The translations under genes and the position numbers were made by a program. A DNA stretch of 64,000 nt from Eledone cirrhosa. Taxonomy: Eukaryota. Where the stretch lies: assembly GCA_964016885.1 (NCBI GenBank), contig OZ024740.1, forward strand, positions 53,754,001 to 53,818,000, given 5' to 3'. This document shows positions 1 to 14,146 of the stretch, one piece after another (within the stretch, counting starts at the first letter, position 1; the number at the start of each line of letters is the position of its first letter). The notes beneath the pieces were generated by a model. The model had not been told where the DNA came from. It was given only the letters and a program-made list of their open reading frames with translations, and ran no database searches.

Positions 1-432
1 AAACCTTTGATAAGGAAAGAGCACTAAGGCTATACATTAAGGGAAATAAGGGTTTGGAAACCGCCCAATTTTGTTTATTTTCTTAAGTAAACACATATTA
101 AAAAGGGGAAATGAAAAACTCGTATAATAAATGCTTGAACGTGATAAAAGAAACAGTATCAAAGTGGAAACGATTTATTGTGCGAGCATTAAAGAAACAC
201 ATGGAAATAGATATAAAACAGACAATGAACGTAGATCTAATGTTATTCCTCTGAGAACCAAGGCAGAAAATGCTGCATTTTAAAGAGACAAACGATGGTG
301 ATAAGACGGCAACTTCAGAAGTTTAATTATTAAAGATTTATATCTCACTCGAAGGGAGTCAAAGTTGAAAGGATTTAATATTCTCATGACCTACTTAAAT
401 TATTGGAACCGTGCATATACACACACACACGT

Positions 433-499
<67 letters not shown>

Positions 500-506
500 C
501 ACACAG

Positions 507-568
<62 letters not shown>

Positions 569-1353
569 CTGTGTATACGTGTGTGTTTGTGCATATATAT
601 GACTTTTCAGATTATTCTTATTCGTATAGAATACGAAGCAGCGGACAAATCATCAGTTCCTCAAACCAATAGCTGAAACAATCACGACGGTTTTCAGAGA
701 AAGGAGACACCCAGATGCCACAGCTAAGAAAATAATGTTTACTAAGATCGCGAGGCTGCTTGTCACACCCTGCAACTGCGTATTCACAGTTGATCTGGAA
801 AGGCGGCTACAAATTCCATCATATATGAATCAGTCCACGCTGAAATACCACATCCGCTTGGTTTCTGAGGTGACAAGTTAGCTCATTCTACTGGAGTTAA
901 CATTTTCTTTGGAGGAGAGGATGACAGACGCACAGAAAAGAGAGAGTGTGTATACCATGTGTTCATGGACGACTGCAGAATTATGAAGGTAGACATCTGG
1001 GATTTCGCAGCTCACGCCCTTAGCAAATCTTATTAACCTCTGAGTAAGTAGGAGGTGAACCATCGAACACAATTTGGAAGCAGCAGAGAGAATATCTAAA
1101 TGTTTCTAGTTCAAAAGAAAAGACAGGTGCGGTTAGTAGTATGTAAGATGCTTGGACACAAGCTGAAGCGTGATCAACCTCTACTGTGTCACCAGAACTG
1201 GGATGTACGTTGTAAGGCACGAAACACTAATCGATTCTAGGAAGAACACTTATGATGTATCCAAGGTTTCCCTGTACCTAGGATTTCTTTTGTTTCTCTC
1301 TCTCTATATATATAGAAATATAACATGATCGTACATTTTTGCTGGGTATCGCA

Positions 1354-1400
<47 letters not shown>

Positions 1401-1404
<4 letters not shown>

Positions 1405-1520
1405 ATAATAATAAATTTCAAGACTAAAATCCTCCGGTTGCAACGTTTTTTGAAATATTCACTTCTGCGTAAGGGTGAAAGCAGCGATTCTTTGCTTAAA
1501 CTTTAATTTGTTATTTTAAT
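1401..1520. mobile_element. Family A pLTR two-arm remnant
   Basis: Antisense tail-end arm TAGTAATAATAATAAATTTCAAGACTAAAATCC joined to a sense arm ending CTTTAATTTGTTATTTTAA-(TA)n; both arms match 58640-58860. Confidence 0.75.
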
Positions 1521-1539
1521 ATATATATATATATATATA

Positions 1540-1656
1540 ACGAAGGAAATGTGGTAAGGAACCAGGTGGACCATAACGGACCAAAGTACTCAATACTTAG
1601 GGTAGTAGAGTGGGTAATAGGAACCAGTAAGACCCTTGGGGTCTTACTGGTTTCTC
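1540..1656 (-). mobile_element. Family B pLTR fold-back remnant
   Basis: Reverse complement of 2838-2933, plus a short inverted arm (GAACCAGTAAGACCC ttg GGGTCTTACTGGTTT); flanked by (TA)n. Confidence 0.8.
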
Positions 1657-1681
1657 TCTATATATATAAATGAAAATATAG

Positions 1682-1722
<41 letters not shown>

Positions 1723-2745
1723 TAACAGATTAAAGTCCTCCTTCTTTGTCGTCGTCCTTTTCATTTTCTCGCCCACCCGAGGCAGCCCCTCGGTCCTTTG
1801 TAGCCTCAGTACCTCCACCCCATCCCCTATTCTATGATAGAATTGGCCGACTCCGCTTTTTATAGCAGTTGTGACAGACCCCAGATACTTGCTTTCTTAT
1901 CCGATGGCTGCTCCATTTCCGTGCTTTCTACATTTCTTAGTGGTTTCTCTGCTTTAATTTCTCGTATATCAGTATTTATTTTTGGGGTGGGGTGGGGTGG
2001 GGTATTCTGAATTAATTTTCCGTATCAAATTTTTCATATACCTAGTACGAGCATTTATGTAGTTTGCACTAGAATTTTTGTATCGTAGCGGCACCCTTAG
2101 AGATAGTATTAGTAGTATTCATTTTCGGGATTCTGAATTATTATTTCGTATTAGTTTATGTTTTGCACTGGGTGGTTGCTGGCCTTGTGCCTAGGGTAGA
2201 AACATTTATTTCGAATTAGTTTCGGGACTCTGAATTATTATTTCGTGATAGTTTCTTTAGTATTTTGGCCCCTACTTGTTGACCTGTCACCGTAAGATAT
2301 ACTCGGTTGATTAGTACTAACTCTTAAAATGGTCTCATTACAATTCCGTCCCACCTAGTAAACTTTTCTATAGTTTAGCAGTACCAATGAGAGACTTGAT
2401 GATTGTCGTTAGGGAATAGTAACCAGAAATTGTTTTTTTTTTTTTTTTGTATTTATAACTTTCTTGGTATTCTTCTATATATTTACTCCATATTGATTTA
2501 CTTATTGTTTCGACCTCCTCCCCCTCCCCCTCCCTAGTATACTTACTTGTCCTCCTGCCCTGCTGTAGTTGGCACTATCAACGCACGACTGCGTTTCCTC
2601 CACTCCCTCTCTCTCTCCCTCTTTCTTCTACTGGCAGGTTCAGCTACCCCTTCCTTCCACAAATTGCCATGATAGAATTATGTGTCTCAACAACAAACTT
2701 TTGACCAATCCTTGTGACAATCACTTTTACCATATATGGAATTAC

Positions 2746-2842
2746 ACCCCTGAGAAGCTCGGCTATTCATATACCAGGATAAAATTTTTTTCATTTAGTT
2801 CAGAATTAGCCGTCGAAACGGCTTGAGCTCAGCCGTCGGGGT
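2746..2842 (+). ncRNA. Type I hammerhead motif (family B), core partly degenerate
   Basis: ACCC-CTGAGAA-..CGGCTA[long loop]TAGCCGTC-GAAA-CGGCT(TGAGCTC)AGCCG-TC-GGGGT; GUC triplet with a 6-bp stem III, but G8 is missing in this copy. Confidence 0.6.
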
Positions 2843-2932
2843 CCTACTCGTTCCTATTACCCACTCTACTACCCTAAGTATTGAGTACTTTGGTGCGTTA
2901 TGGTCCACCTGGTTCCTTACCACATTTCGTTC

Positions 2933-3002
<70 letters not shown>

Positions 3003-3078
3003 TATATACACATATATATCAAAATTAATATAAAAATGGCTTCTACAGGACTAGAACTATTCATTCGAACGAAATCCT

Positions 3079-3111
<33 letters not shown>

Positions 3112-3188
3112 CCAGGGAGTTTAAGGTGAAGTTACCGTAGGTGAGAACTCGATGTTTAGTTTCACGTCAGTGTCATTACTACAACAGA

Positions 3189-3273
3189 GGTCCGATGAGC
3201 TTTTGATTCCAGAGTCGGGCCAGATTGACATGGATCGAACCGTGAGCTGATCAATAGTGAAACGCGCGTCACC
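3189..3273 (+). ncRNA. Type I hammerhead ribozyme, U4C core variant
   Basis: GGT-CCGATGA-GCT.TTGAT[insert]ATCAA.AGT-GAAA-CGCGCG-TC-ACC: stem I GGT/ACC, palindromic stem III ACGCGCGT, GUC triplet. Confidence 0.7.
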
Positions 3274-3307
3274 AACCAATAAACGTCTTTATATATATAT
3301 ATATATA

Positions 3308-4023
3308 AAGAATTAGTATATCTACCAACATATTTATACAGAAGTATACTTACGCTAGCAAGATATACGTTTTGACTTAGTAACTTTGTGGTTCAATACA
3401 AAAATGTAGAACAATTATATGAAAGACGTAAAATAAGAAAATTCTAATAATTAACTTAATTTCTTAAGTTTCACTCCAACTACTTAGTTTCTGAAAAGGG
3501 ATATACATAGTGTTCAAAACTATGGAGAATCCTTTCTTCATCAGGGAGTCAATTCTCGGCTAAGATCCCTGGCGATAGGCGGACACAGGGAGATCATACA
3601 AAAATAATTCAGTGAATGGAAAAAAAGCAAGCGCCGACTAAATTTCAAGACACTGAAAATTTCACTGCATTCCTGGTCAGTGGCAAATTTAAAAGAATCA
3701 ATCACGTGACATCGAGGTTAATCAGTGAGGAGTAGGGTTTTAAAAAGTCAGTAGCCAAAATGTTACTATGAACCATAGTAGTAATTTAGGCAAATTTTTG
3801 CTCAACAAAATAATATGGAGGTAATTATAAAGAATTAGTATATCTACCAACATATTTATACAGAAGTATACTTACGCTAGCAAGATATAGGTTTTGTCTT
3901 AGTAACTTTGTGGTTCAATACAAAAATGTAGAACAATTATATGAAAGACGTCCCCTTTCAGAAACTAATTAGTTGGAGTGAAACTTACGTAAGTTAATTA
4001 TTATAATTTTCTTATTTTACGTC

Positions 4024-4030
<7 letters not shown>
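3308..4030 (-). mobile_element. Family C non-coding element: 522-nt head-to-tail unit plus inverted arm
   Basis: GAATTAGTATATCTACC occurs at 3310 and 3832 (period 522); 3952-4030 is an inverted arm; HHR-like CTGATGA on the minus strand near 3539-3545. Homologous to 14147-14957 and 55891-56316. Confidence 0.8.
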
Positions 4031-4055
<25 letters not shown>

Positions 4056-4146
4056 CGTTTCTGAATTTGTTTAGCAAGATTCTTTATCTGAAATCGTGTG
4101 TTGAAACCGATATTGTTATACATGACCCTCCCAAAGTATAACAATA
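4056..4146. mobile_element. Family D PLE two-arm remnant
   Basis: Antisense tail arm (rc of 55750-55815) joined to sense arm CATGACCCTCCCAAAGTATAACAA-(TA)n. Confidence 0.8.
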
Positions 4147-4171
4147 TATATATATACATATATACATATAG

Positions 4172-4416
4172 TTTGAAAGTGAACAACACAAAATATAACT
4201 ACTCCATTACCAAAGGTTTCTTGATCCCAGACAATAATAATATACGTGTGACGACCGATCCAGACGTATATTATTATTGACGTATATTATTATTGTCAGA
4301 ATCCTTTGGTAATGGAGTAGTTATATTTTGTGTTGTTCACTTTCTAATTAAATAGCTGTGTTCTATACATAGAGCACTCTTTTTTTCCTTTGTTTTTCCT
4401 TCGAAATTTCCTAACA
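4172..4416. mobile_element. Family E fold-back remnant
   Basis: Inverted arms GAAAGTGAACAACACAAAATATAACTACTCCATTACCAAAGG / CCTTTGGTAATGGAGTAGTTATATTTTGTGTTGTTCACTTTC plus a tail; homologous to 42000-42247. Confidence 0.8.
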
Positions 4417-4611
4417 TATATATATATATAGTAATAATAATAAATGTGACGACTGAAATCCAAAGAGGGCTCGATAAGGATAAATATATATCAAATATAT
4501 AAGAACCCTAGTGCAAACATTTATTAAAATAACAGATTAATGTTTAAGCAAAAATCGCTGAGATGGGTGAAAGCAGCGATTCTTTGCTTAAACTTTAATC
4601 TGTTATTTTAA

Positions 4612-4684
<73 letters not shown>

Positions 4685-4878
4685 GGGGCAGACCTATCAA
4701 ACCTTAGAATATAATGACATCTAGATTCGTACAGTTTGACAGTCGCTCTCAAATAAAGTATTGTGCCTTCTCTACTTGATGTGAGTGCCTTACATTTTAG
4801 GAAATATATCGATTTTCTCTTTTTCTATCTTTCTTTTTCTCTCACTCTCTCTTTCGCTGTATATATATATTATATATA

Positions 4879-5184
4879 AGCAAAAGGGATATTCAATTTG
4901 TTGGTAATTCAACAAATGCAATTGTTTATAACTGATTCAGAGCACTCGACAAGTTTTCTGGAGTATAATATTCAATGATATTAAATAAATGGAAACTATA
5001 TTTATGAAACCATATTTATTCTATTATATATATTTCAAGGGTACCAAAACTTTGGTACGCGCTCATCAGATAAAATACAAAGTTACAAATACAGAGCGTA
5101 CCAAAGTTTTGGTACCCTTGAAATATATATAATAGAATAAATATGGTTTTATAAATATAGTTTACATTTATTTAATATCATTGT
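4879..5184. mobile_element. Family F fold-back with hammerhead
   Basis: Arms of ~90 bp inverted about 5085, with a tail on the left; homologous to 7965-8110, 8197-8506, 58390-58533, 59116-59452 and 60312-60500. Confidence 0.85.
5017..5077 (-). ncRNA. Type I hammerhead ribozyme (family F)
   Basis: TATTTTAT-CTGATGA-GCGCGTACCA..TGGTACCCTT-GAAA-TATAT-ATA-ATAGAATA; 8-bp stem I, AUA triplet. Confidence 0.8.
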
Positions 5185-5203
5185 ATATTATATATATATA
5201 TAT

Positions 5204-5318
<115 letters not shown>

Positions 5319-5956
5319 TGTGTATATATGTATATATATATATATATATATATAAACATGTCTGAGTAAATGCTTTGGTGCATTCAATTTTTTTCACGTT
5401 TGGATATTGAAGAAAATGAAGGAATATAAAAGCTATTTTTCAAACGCCATGGGACATACCTCCAAGCGAAAAAACAAAGGAATGCGGCATTTGTCCATTT
5501 TCTCGGCTTTGGGCTGTGTTAATTTTCTTTTATCTTAGCCAAATTCCTTATAGGGTGATGTATATTAGCTTCGGGGTAGTGAGAATTTCCTATGCTTTTT
5601 CCTTACAAGCAAGAATGCCTGTTGGGGATTTGTAATTTCATATTCTCTATTTTGTTGATATAATTATGGATTCTTCTCAAGCTATAAAGAGAACTCGATT
5701 TGCTATTTGCTTTGTGCATTTCTTTGATGAAGAAAACTAGAACGATGTAATATCGGTAATGTGGAAGTGATTTTTCAATCGGATCAACTGCTTTCGCGTT
5801 CATAGATTGTAATAAATAAATATCAAATAATAATAAAACAAAACAAAAAATAAGAGCCACCTTTACATTTTATCATCTAATTATATATTTTGTCAGACAC
5901 ATTTTATAGTTTTCTGTTTACAGAGATATTGAATATCCTGCCCACTTTGAAACTGT

Positions 5957-5979
5957 ATTATTGTTATTATTATCATTAC

Positions 5980-6015
<36 letters not shown>

Positions 6016-6136
6016 CAGCAGCTGCAGCAACAGTAGCAACAGTAGTAGTAATAGTAGTAGTAGTAATAGTAGCAGCAGTAGTAGCAGTAGTAAGTAATAG
6101 TAGCAGCAGCATCAGCAGCAGCAAAAGCAGCAGCAC

Positions 6137-6194
<58 letters not shown>

Positions 6195-6200
6195 CGTAGT
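5957..6200. repeat. (AGT)n/(AGC)n trinucleotide microsatellite
   Basis: Direct inspection. Confidence 0.95.
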
Positions 6201-6520
6201 TCATTTTCGTAAAAAGTGTTCTTAGATTCACCACAAGTAAACTAATCCGGCAGCTAGTAACGGGGCCTTAACATTACTTATTATATGTTACATGAATTGG
6301 AACTTGAAGTGTATATATAAACGCTAAATAATCGATGGGATCTGCCTCTGGAATAATCATTCTCCGAGGGCAAACTTTAGAGTGATAACTAATCTGCTTT
6401 CGGCGGCTGAATTGAATTGATAAATAGTTTTGTATCATCGTCCCACTCTTAAGTAGCAATTGGTGAAATATATTCCCCATTGCCATTTTTTCATAAATTC
6501 CTATTGCATGATTGGAATAA

Positions 6521-6583
<63 letters not shown>

Positions 6584-7078
6584 TGTGTGTATGTATGTAT
6601 TAGGTGTGTTTATGAAATCATATAATCATATACGATACGTATATTTACAAAATGTGAATCTTGAAATCAAAGAAAAATATATTTTTTGTTACGAAAAAAT
6701 TACTGTATCTCTCTTTTCCATTGCGAACATGACTCAGATATATCAATAACAATTGTGAAGGCGACACAGTGCTGTTTCAAGATTTGTTAATGTCTCATCA
6801 GTGGCATTCCCTCTATCGGTACTAACATAGAAATCGACAGGAGTCTATATTGAATTTGCGTGTTGATCAGTTGCTGGAAATGCGCATTTGCATATATGTC
6901 GAACTTGGCAGGTTATACTTAATTGACAGTAGCCCTAAGACAGCATTAAACATAAGGGTGTGTACGAAAACATCTACCATACACTTATATACAATAAAAA
7001 TATGGGAAATTCACTATCAAGCAAACTATTTTATAGTTATGAAATGCAATATAAGCAGTTTCAAATTGAATCCATCCT

Positions 7079-7259
<181 letters not shown>

Positions 7260-7395
7260 ACATATATATATATATATACATATAGATATACTTACGGTAA
7301 ACATTTATGCAATTCAATTGAATCTATGTATTTTTCCACATAGGAATAACGGAGTATATTTATAATGACTATATATATATATATATATATATATA

Positions 7396-7480
7396 GTGAA
7401 GGCGTGTGGCTGAGTTCGATTCCTAGACCAGGCGATGCGTTATATCCTTGAGCAAGACACTTTATTTCACGTTGCTCCTT
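7396..7480 (+). mobile_element. Internally deleted tRNA-derived SINE with CORE-like segment
   Basis: GGCGTGTGGC..GAGTTCGATTCC (B-box-like) followed by TCCTTGAGCAAGACACTTTATTTCACGTTGCTC. Confidence 0.55.
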
Positions 7481-7581
7481 CTACCTGGAGTTGCGACCGA
7501 TAGATAGTATTAGCAATTGGAAAGACCAACGGAAACATTGTTCCCTCGGTCCGATTTGACGAAAGTCGATCGTTCCTATAT

Positions 7582-7806
<225 letters not shown>

Positions 7807-8121
7807 TATATATATATATATAAGGAAAAGAAACCGAAAATGCAACTGGAGTCATTTACCTGTTTCACAGTAGAATTGAGATGAAGGGTTTGTGGCTTTT
7901 CTCGCATATATATATATATATAATACATATACATATATATATATATGTATAATAAAATATATATAATAAAATAAATATGGTTTTATAAATATAGTTTCCA
8001 TTTATTTAATATCAGTGAATATTTACTCCAGTATACTGTTCAGTGTTCTAAATCAGTTATAAATATTTATATTTGTCGGACTTCCAACAAATTAAATACC
8101 CCTTCTACTTATATATATATA

Positions 8122-8198
<77 letters not shown>

Positions 8199-8250
8199 TA
8201 AATATTCAATGATATTAAATAAATGGAAACTATATTTATAAAACCATATT

Positions 8251-8313
8251 TATTTTATTATATATATTTCAAGGGTACCAAGACACATTGGTACGCTTTC
8301 ATCAGATAAAATA
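8251..8313 (-). ncRNA. Type I hammerhead ribozyme (family F), left arm of palindrome 8197-8506
   Basis: TATTTTAT-CTGATGA-AAGCGTACCAA..TTGGTACCCTT-GAAA-TATAT-ATA-ATAAAATA. Confidence 0.85.
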
Positions 8314-8392
8314 CAAAGTTTGTTTTATAAATAGAGACATTCCCATGAAGTATGTCTCTATGGGTATGTCTCTATTTATAAAACAAACTTTG

Positions 8393-8458
8393 TATTTTAT
8401 CTGATGAAAGCGTACCAATGTGTCTTGTTACCCTTGAAATATATATAATTATAAAATA
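8393..8458 (+). ncRNA. Type I hammerhead ribozyme (family F), right arm of palindrome
   Basis: CTGATGA at 8401, GAAA at 8436; a small insertion follows the cleavage triplet and there is one stem II mismatch. Confidence 0.7.
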
Positions 8459-8500
8459 AAATAAATATGGTTTTATAAATATAGTTTCCATTTATTTAAT

Positions 8501-8582
<82 letters not shown>

Positions 8583-9020
8583 TGAATGTTTTGAAGTATA
8601 TTATAGTTTTATAGCCATACGTTAGAATGGGGTAATATATAACAAACATCAAATTCGCTGATCAAAGGCCTTCTTGCCTTTTCAGGATAGGCATATTGTT
8701 TTCGTCGACATGTATAGGAATACTCAATAGAAAATATCTTTACCTGTTTAGGACATTATCTGTTATCGCAATAGTATGCTTGTAACGTCTGCGAGAACAA
8801 AATATTTTGTGAACAATGTATATTAAAATGTTTATTGATTAATTAATTTCTTTTATCTCACACACTCAAAAAATATCTATTGTCAAATTAAGGGTATTTT
8901 TGAAATTGATTGTAAATAAAAATTTGCAATATTTAATAATTTGTTCGTAATATCCCAATCTGTTGCACATTAATTTCCAATTGCACGAATGGAAATTTTG
9001 CTTAGATTTACCAGACATTA

Positions 9021-9180
9021 GAGGATGCCATGCTTTCCAACATAGTTACTCCCTTTACGATCTGAGTTCAAATCCCGCCGAGGTTGACTTTGCCTTTCAT
9101 CCTTACGAGGTCGATAAAATAAAGTACCAGTAATGCACTGGATAATTGTTGGCCTTGTGCCTAAATTAGAAACAATTATA
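9021..9180 (+). mobile_element. tRNA-type SINE (5'-truncated)
   Basis: GAGTTCAAATCCC B-box, then GACTTTGCCTTTCATCCTT..GGTCGATAAAATAAAGTACCAG and a ..AGAAACAATTAT end; matches 10771, 19709, 28497, 47620 and 54234. Confidence 0.85.
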
Positions 9181-10019
9181 TCGTGTAACAATTCTTTCAA
9201 ATTGAAGAATTAAATGACATAAACATGGCACGTATCCGAAAAAAAACATTTCTAAGAATTCTAAACATCCACGGCCGCAGATAATGGTAGATATCATAAT
9301 TACTAAATAACATACATGCTCAACTCACAATAACAGCATTACAATGACTGCATTTCCTCTTCAGAAGTAGAAGATAGTTCAGACTTTAATAACTGCTAAC
9401 ATTGTACAATGTTCAAGTGAAACACAATGTTGTACTACTCAAACATATCGGACGAAGCTGTTACTACACGTACAGATCTAAACAGTAACATAGACTAAAC
9501 AGTATGAGTATTTTTGCTTGATTCCAATATCTGCTACAGTGTCCTATGACCCTCAAAGTTACTTGGCCCTTTTCTAACATTATATACTTACAATAAAGTG
9601 ATTTGAGACTCTGATTCAGCCTGATTCGTCTGACAGTACGGGAAATGGATTCCTATTCAAAGTTACCAAACCCACTCCTTTGACTTCCAAATGCTAAAAC
9701 AGATTTCCGCCTGTGCATAGAAGAGGATAAGGATGGAGCACGAAGCTAGCAACCTTGCTTCCAATAATGAAAGTTGCAACGGAAAGGATTAATCGATACT
9801 AAGCCTAGGAGCAGGCCCGTGATAACACTTGCAATCGTGTGGATTAGAGATCTCTAGTCATTTAATGCTTCTTGAGGGGGTGTGCAAAAGAAACTAAAGA
9901 AGAAGAAATATAAATATAGTTTCACTGTTTCATCATACTTCAAATTCAAAGTAATTTGCAGAAAGTAGAACATACCTTCTGAAATTTTATGATTTATTAT
10001 TGACAAAACATATGTCTCG

Positions 10020-11450
10020 TAGGAAATTTTTCGGAGGTCCCTCTATCTGCTAGAAATAGCATTCAAATCTACTTACAATGGTTTATAACTAAACAAAGAC
10101 AAGTATTTGAAAAATATAATTATAAATGACATATGGCAAAAAGAAAAAAGCATGTCTAAAACTAGAATGCTGATCTGATCGAACGATTGATAAAAATGGC
10201 TTGTTCTTTTTTTTATCCGTCAATTTATTAGATCTATGATCAACGTTCCCTCACATTTTCCCACCCATTGGAACTTACGTTTGATGCTTTGAGAAAATTT
10301 AGCTTAGATTCGAAGCTAATTTGTTGCGAAACGTTTAGTCTACAGCGGCGCAACATTTTGATGTGAATGGCACAATGATAGCTAAATAATATTTGAATAT
10401 AGGCTATGACATATGATATGTTCGCACCGACAGTCACTGTTTATTGTTTCAGGACTGCAATTTAACGTTTAAGTGGTTTTTAGCTTTTATTTCCTGGAAT
10501 TTGAACGTTAATCTAATCTTAGGAAGTTTTAGAGAAAGTTAACAGAAATTTCGATGTTCATAAATTTTCAATGGAAATTGCTAATCGAAAAATGTCAATA
10601 GAAACTCATAATAAATGGGAATCAAGTTTGGGCAGAGAATTCTGCTCATCAAAACTCACTTATATTTTACAATATTCCCCTGTAGTCACACCTGAATTAA
10701 CCCCGCCTAAAAGTTGTGTTCATGTGAATCTCACATATTCTGATTTGGGAAGCATTATTTGTTTTACGAGGGCGGTGGATTGGCAGTATCGGTGGAGGGT
10801 CGGACGCCATGCTTTCCAGCATAGTTACGTCCCTTTACGATCTGAGTTCAAATCCCGCCGAGGTTGACTTTGCATTTCATCCTTACAGGGTCGATAAAAT
10901 AAAGTACCATAATGCACTGGGTAATTGCTGGCCTTGTGCTTAAAGTAGAAACAATTATTTGTTTTACGAGAGCGGGAGTCTGATCTAACAGATAAATCCC
11001 TTTCTAAAGGTAGGAAAATTGAACCCAAGACATTAGATCTCCTTGTAATACCATCCGGCTGTATTGAAAAGTTTTCTTGAACAAGAAATTGGTTAATGCA
11101 GTGTAAGACATCCTGTGTCTGAATAAAAGAAGATATGAATAAGCATACGGCTATAATGTTCTTGATTATCAGCCTGCCTAATCAGAGCTGAACTCGGATC
11201 AGACAACTCAAATATCAGCGACGGGGGAGGCCTTACGGGTTCGACAAGCTAGAAATAAGACGATTTCCCACAAGCCACCTACTGGTAGCTTACAGGCGAA
11301 AAACGTGATATAGAGGGTGTTTTTGAAAACATTTGGCCCGAAAAAGAAGAGTAAGATAGTCACGTCTTGTATATATTTTATTTTAAGTGTGTTCAGATTC
11401 TATCTGCATCTAAACAACTATAACGGCTATAACAACAATTATAAGCTCAA
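10020..11450 (+). repeat. Two decayed copies (~10020-10185, ~11150-11450) of an old dispersed repeat
   Basis: GCTAGAAATA(G/A) core with downstream similarity; related pieces near 24170-24240, 26540-26740, 34380-34560 (minus) and 49010. Confidence 0.4.
10771..10953 (+). mobile_element. Full-length tRNA-type SINE with 17-bp target-site duplication
   Basis: TGGCAGTATCGG A-box-like and GAGTTCAAATCCC B-box; ATTATTTGTTTTACGAG is duplicated at 10754-10770 and 10954-10970. Confidence 0.9.
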
Positions 11451-12464
11451 ATCTCGATGCAAACTATTACGAGATTAAAAACGAATAAATTGGAAGTTGT
11501 GAAGTTCATGGATTTCTCGCATTCCTCGCACTTTTAAGGAAATATTAAATAGTTTAGTGTATAAGGTAATTAATGATAGGAGCGTTGAGTTCAAACTCCT
11601 CAAGGGTATGTTGACGTTTATTTCGGCTATGTACGCAATCTTATAGGCTTCAGTATATTCAACTATCTATATTACATAACAAATCGTCTGGAAACAGAAC
11701 TGGTGGTAATTTAGCATTCTATTCAAAAGACGTTACCTCACATCCGATTAAGGTTATGAATCCAAACCAAAGAACCTAAATTCCTTTGAGTTCTTGGGAC
11801 CTTTGTGGGAAAGTACAGACATGACTAGGCGAATATACTTACCTTTCAAATAACGTAATATTTATAACGATGGCAGTAGCGGCAATGACGATGACAACGG
11901 CTAAGATGATAATAATGCTGATAATGATAATTATGAGGATGACGATAAGATACAGTCGTGAAAAGAAATAAAGAAATACTTCAAAATCTATGTTCATGTA
12001 GGGAAGGTCTCGTTATCCCTTAAGCTAGGGGATTACTTCCCTTACATTGTGTTTTAATGCCCGTAAGGTGGGCGGCACTGCATGCAACATCAGCCAAGTA
12101 AGAGAAACGATAATAGATGAAGCAAGGAACAAAGTGAGGATTCAACAGAACATGCATGCCTGCCTTGTCTGACTAAGCCAACTGCCAGCGGCAAGCTTGT
12201 TTTTGAATCTAGGAGGCAACATAGCAGTGGCAGCAAGCAGCCTTGAAAATTCGGTAGATCTGCGTCTCACTATTGCAATAGATGCATCTGTTGTACAGAA
12301 TACAGAGAGAGAAAGAAAGAGAGGGTAGGAGAAAGAGAGAAGAGGGTGGAAAGAAGTAGCGCGTCAGAGAAAACAGATAGAAAGATGTTTAAGATGAGTG
12401 AGTGTGTATGCGTGTGGTGCGTGCCTCCATAGCATATTCTTTTAGGTGCAAAAATCAAATAACC

Positions 12465-12498
<34 letters not shown>

Positions 12499-12859
12499 TG
12501 CATGTATATTTATTTGGTATTTAGTATTTTTATGTAGCAAAAGGTCTTTGTAAAATGGAATGCATTTGGAATTTGAAATACCTTATATTCCATATAAATA
12601 CACAATAATAATACAATAAGACATCAAAACAGGACGTCGACTATCGCCAGACTGTCATTGACTTATTCAAATGCGATCGTAAATGTTTTTTTATATTTCT
12701 GAGTGAGACGTTTGTTAATGGCATGTTACAGAATCGGAAATGTATACAAGTATAATATATCTTTGAATGTTTTCATATATTACGTATATGTATCTACTAA
12801 ACTACGTATCAGTTCTGCCACAGCCATGTACATACTTACTGAGTTGCATACACGCACGA

Positions 12860-12898
<39 letters not shown>

Positions 12899-12936
12899 AG
12901 TGTGTGTGTGTGATTGTGTGTCTCTCTCTCTCTCTC

Positions 12937-12973
<37 letters not shown>

Positions 12974-13069
12974 CGGGATCTTCAGAAGGTCCGGTTAACA
13001 GTGAATGCAGCGAATCTTTGCTTAAACTTTAATCTGTTATTTTAATATTTATATATATATATACATTAA

Positions 13070-13180
13070 AAAAGGGAAATTAATGTAAGAAGCCAACAGT
13101 ATTTCATAATATATAAGTGACTATAACGCCAAGATGGAAAATATTTAACGTAAGATATGGGAAAATAATTCAAACACAAT
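13070..13180 (-). mobile_element. Family I fragment
   Basis: Reverse complement is similar to 18520-18630 (TCTTACGTTAA..GCTATAGTCACTTATA..AATACTGTTGGCTT). Confidence 0.7.
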
Positions 13181-13232
13181 TAAAATATATATATATATAT
13201 TCAATATATTTGGCCTCCTGTAATTTCTCTAC

Positions 13233-13274
<42 letters not shown>

Positions 13275-13551
13275 CCAGTGATGAATGTTGTGAAGAGATA
13301 TAGAATGAAATGGTTGGGTTTGTGTTGAAGGTTGAATCTAATGGGGTGCAGATAATATGGCAACATAGAAAGGTGTGTTGTGGGGTCCTTAGTGCTAACC
13401 TCTGCTTTAAAAAGGATATTGGTCTTCAAATACTTGAAAGTTAATATATGTATATAGTATAGATACTGTTTCATAATACGAACTAAAATAAGAGTTCTTT
13501 GTATTTTTGACCGAGTGCCTTATGAGTGACCCGGCTGAATGTTCTTCCTCA

Positions 13552-13629
<78 letters not shown>

Positions 13630-13954
13630 AATCCGAAATATATAGGGACTATTAAATCTCTCCCAAGGTAACTCTCTCTTGTGTTGTTATTTTTATTTTT
13701 ATTTTTATTTTTATCCTTTATACTCTTCCCTTCATTCTACACATCTCACACATGTTATACACACCACGCATCTCAACGTACACCCGCTTACATCTCTCTC
13801 TCCACCACCGGACCTTGTTACCCGGAGATTTACCCATTTGCATTGTCGAGGCTTCCAAACGACTTAAAGATATTTACTTATTGTTCCACAATGCTTCAAG
13901 CAAACTTCAATACTCTCTTATATATATATATATAAATATACATATATATATATA

Positions 13955-14063
13955 CGGTACACCTTGATACGTTTAGCTAGATAACTACCGTTCTAAAACT
14001 ACTGGGTTAGTTCAGATCTAGCTGTCGAAACGGCTGGAGCTCAGCTGTCGGGGTCCTGACTCT

Positions 14064-14068
<5 letters not shown>
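13955..14068 (+). mobile_element. Family B-related pLTR piece with decayed hammerhead
   Basis: TAGCTGTC-GAAA-CGGCTGGAGCTCAGCTG-TC-GGGGTCC ending ..TTTTCA-(TA)n. Confidence 0.7.
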
Positions 14069-14142
<74 letters not shown>

Positions 14143-14146
14143 TAAC

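Noticed and set aside
6760-6810. Minus-strand CTGATGA..GAAA-CAGCACTG-TG hammerhead-like motif
   Set aside because: The triplet would be GUG, and stems I and II pair poorly; chance or too decayed to support.
10771-10860. tRNA gene
   Set aside because: A/B-box-like head of a multi-copy SINE; no complete cloverleaf, and it continues into the SINE body.
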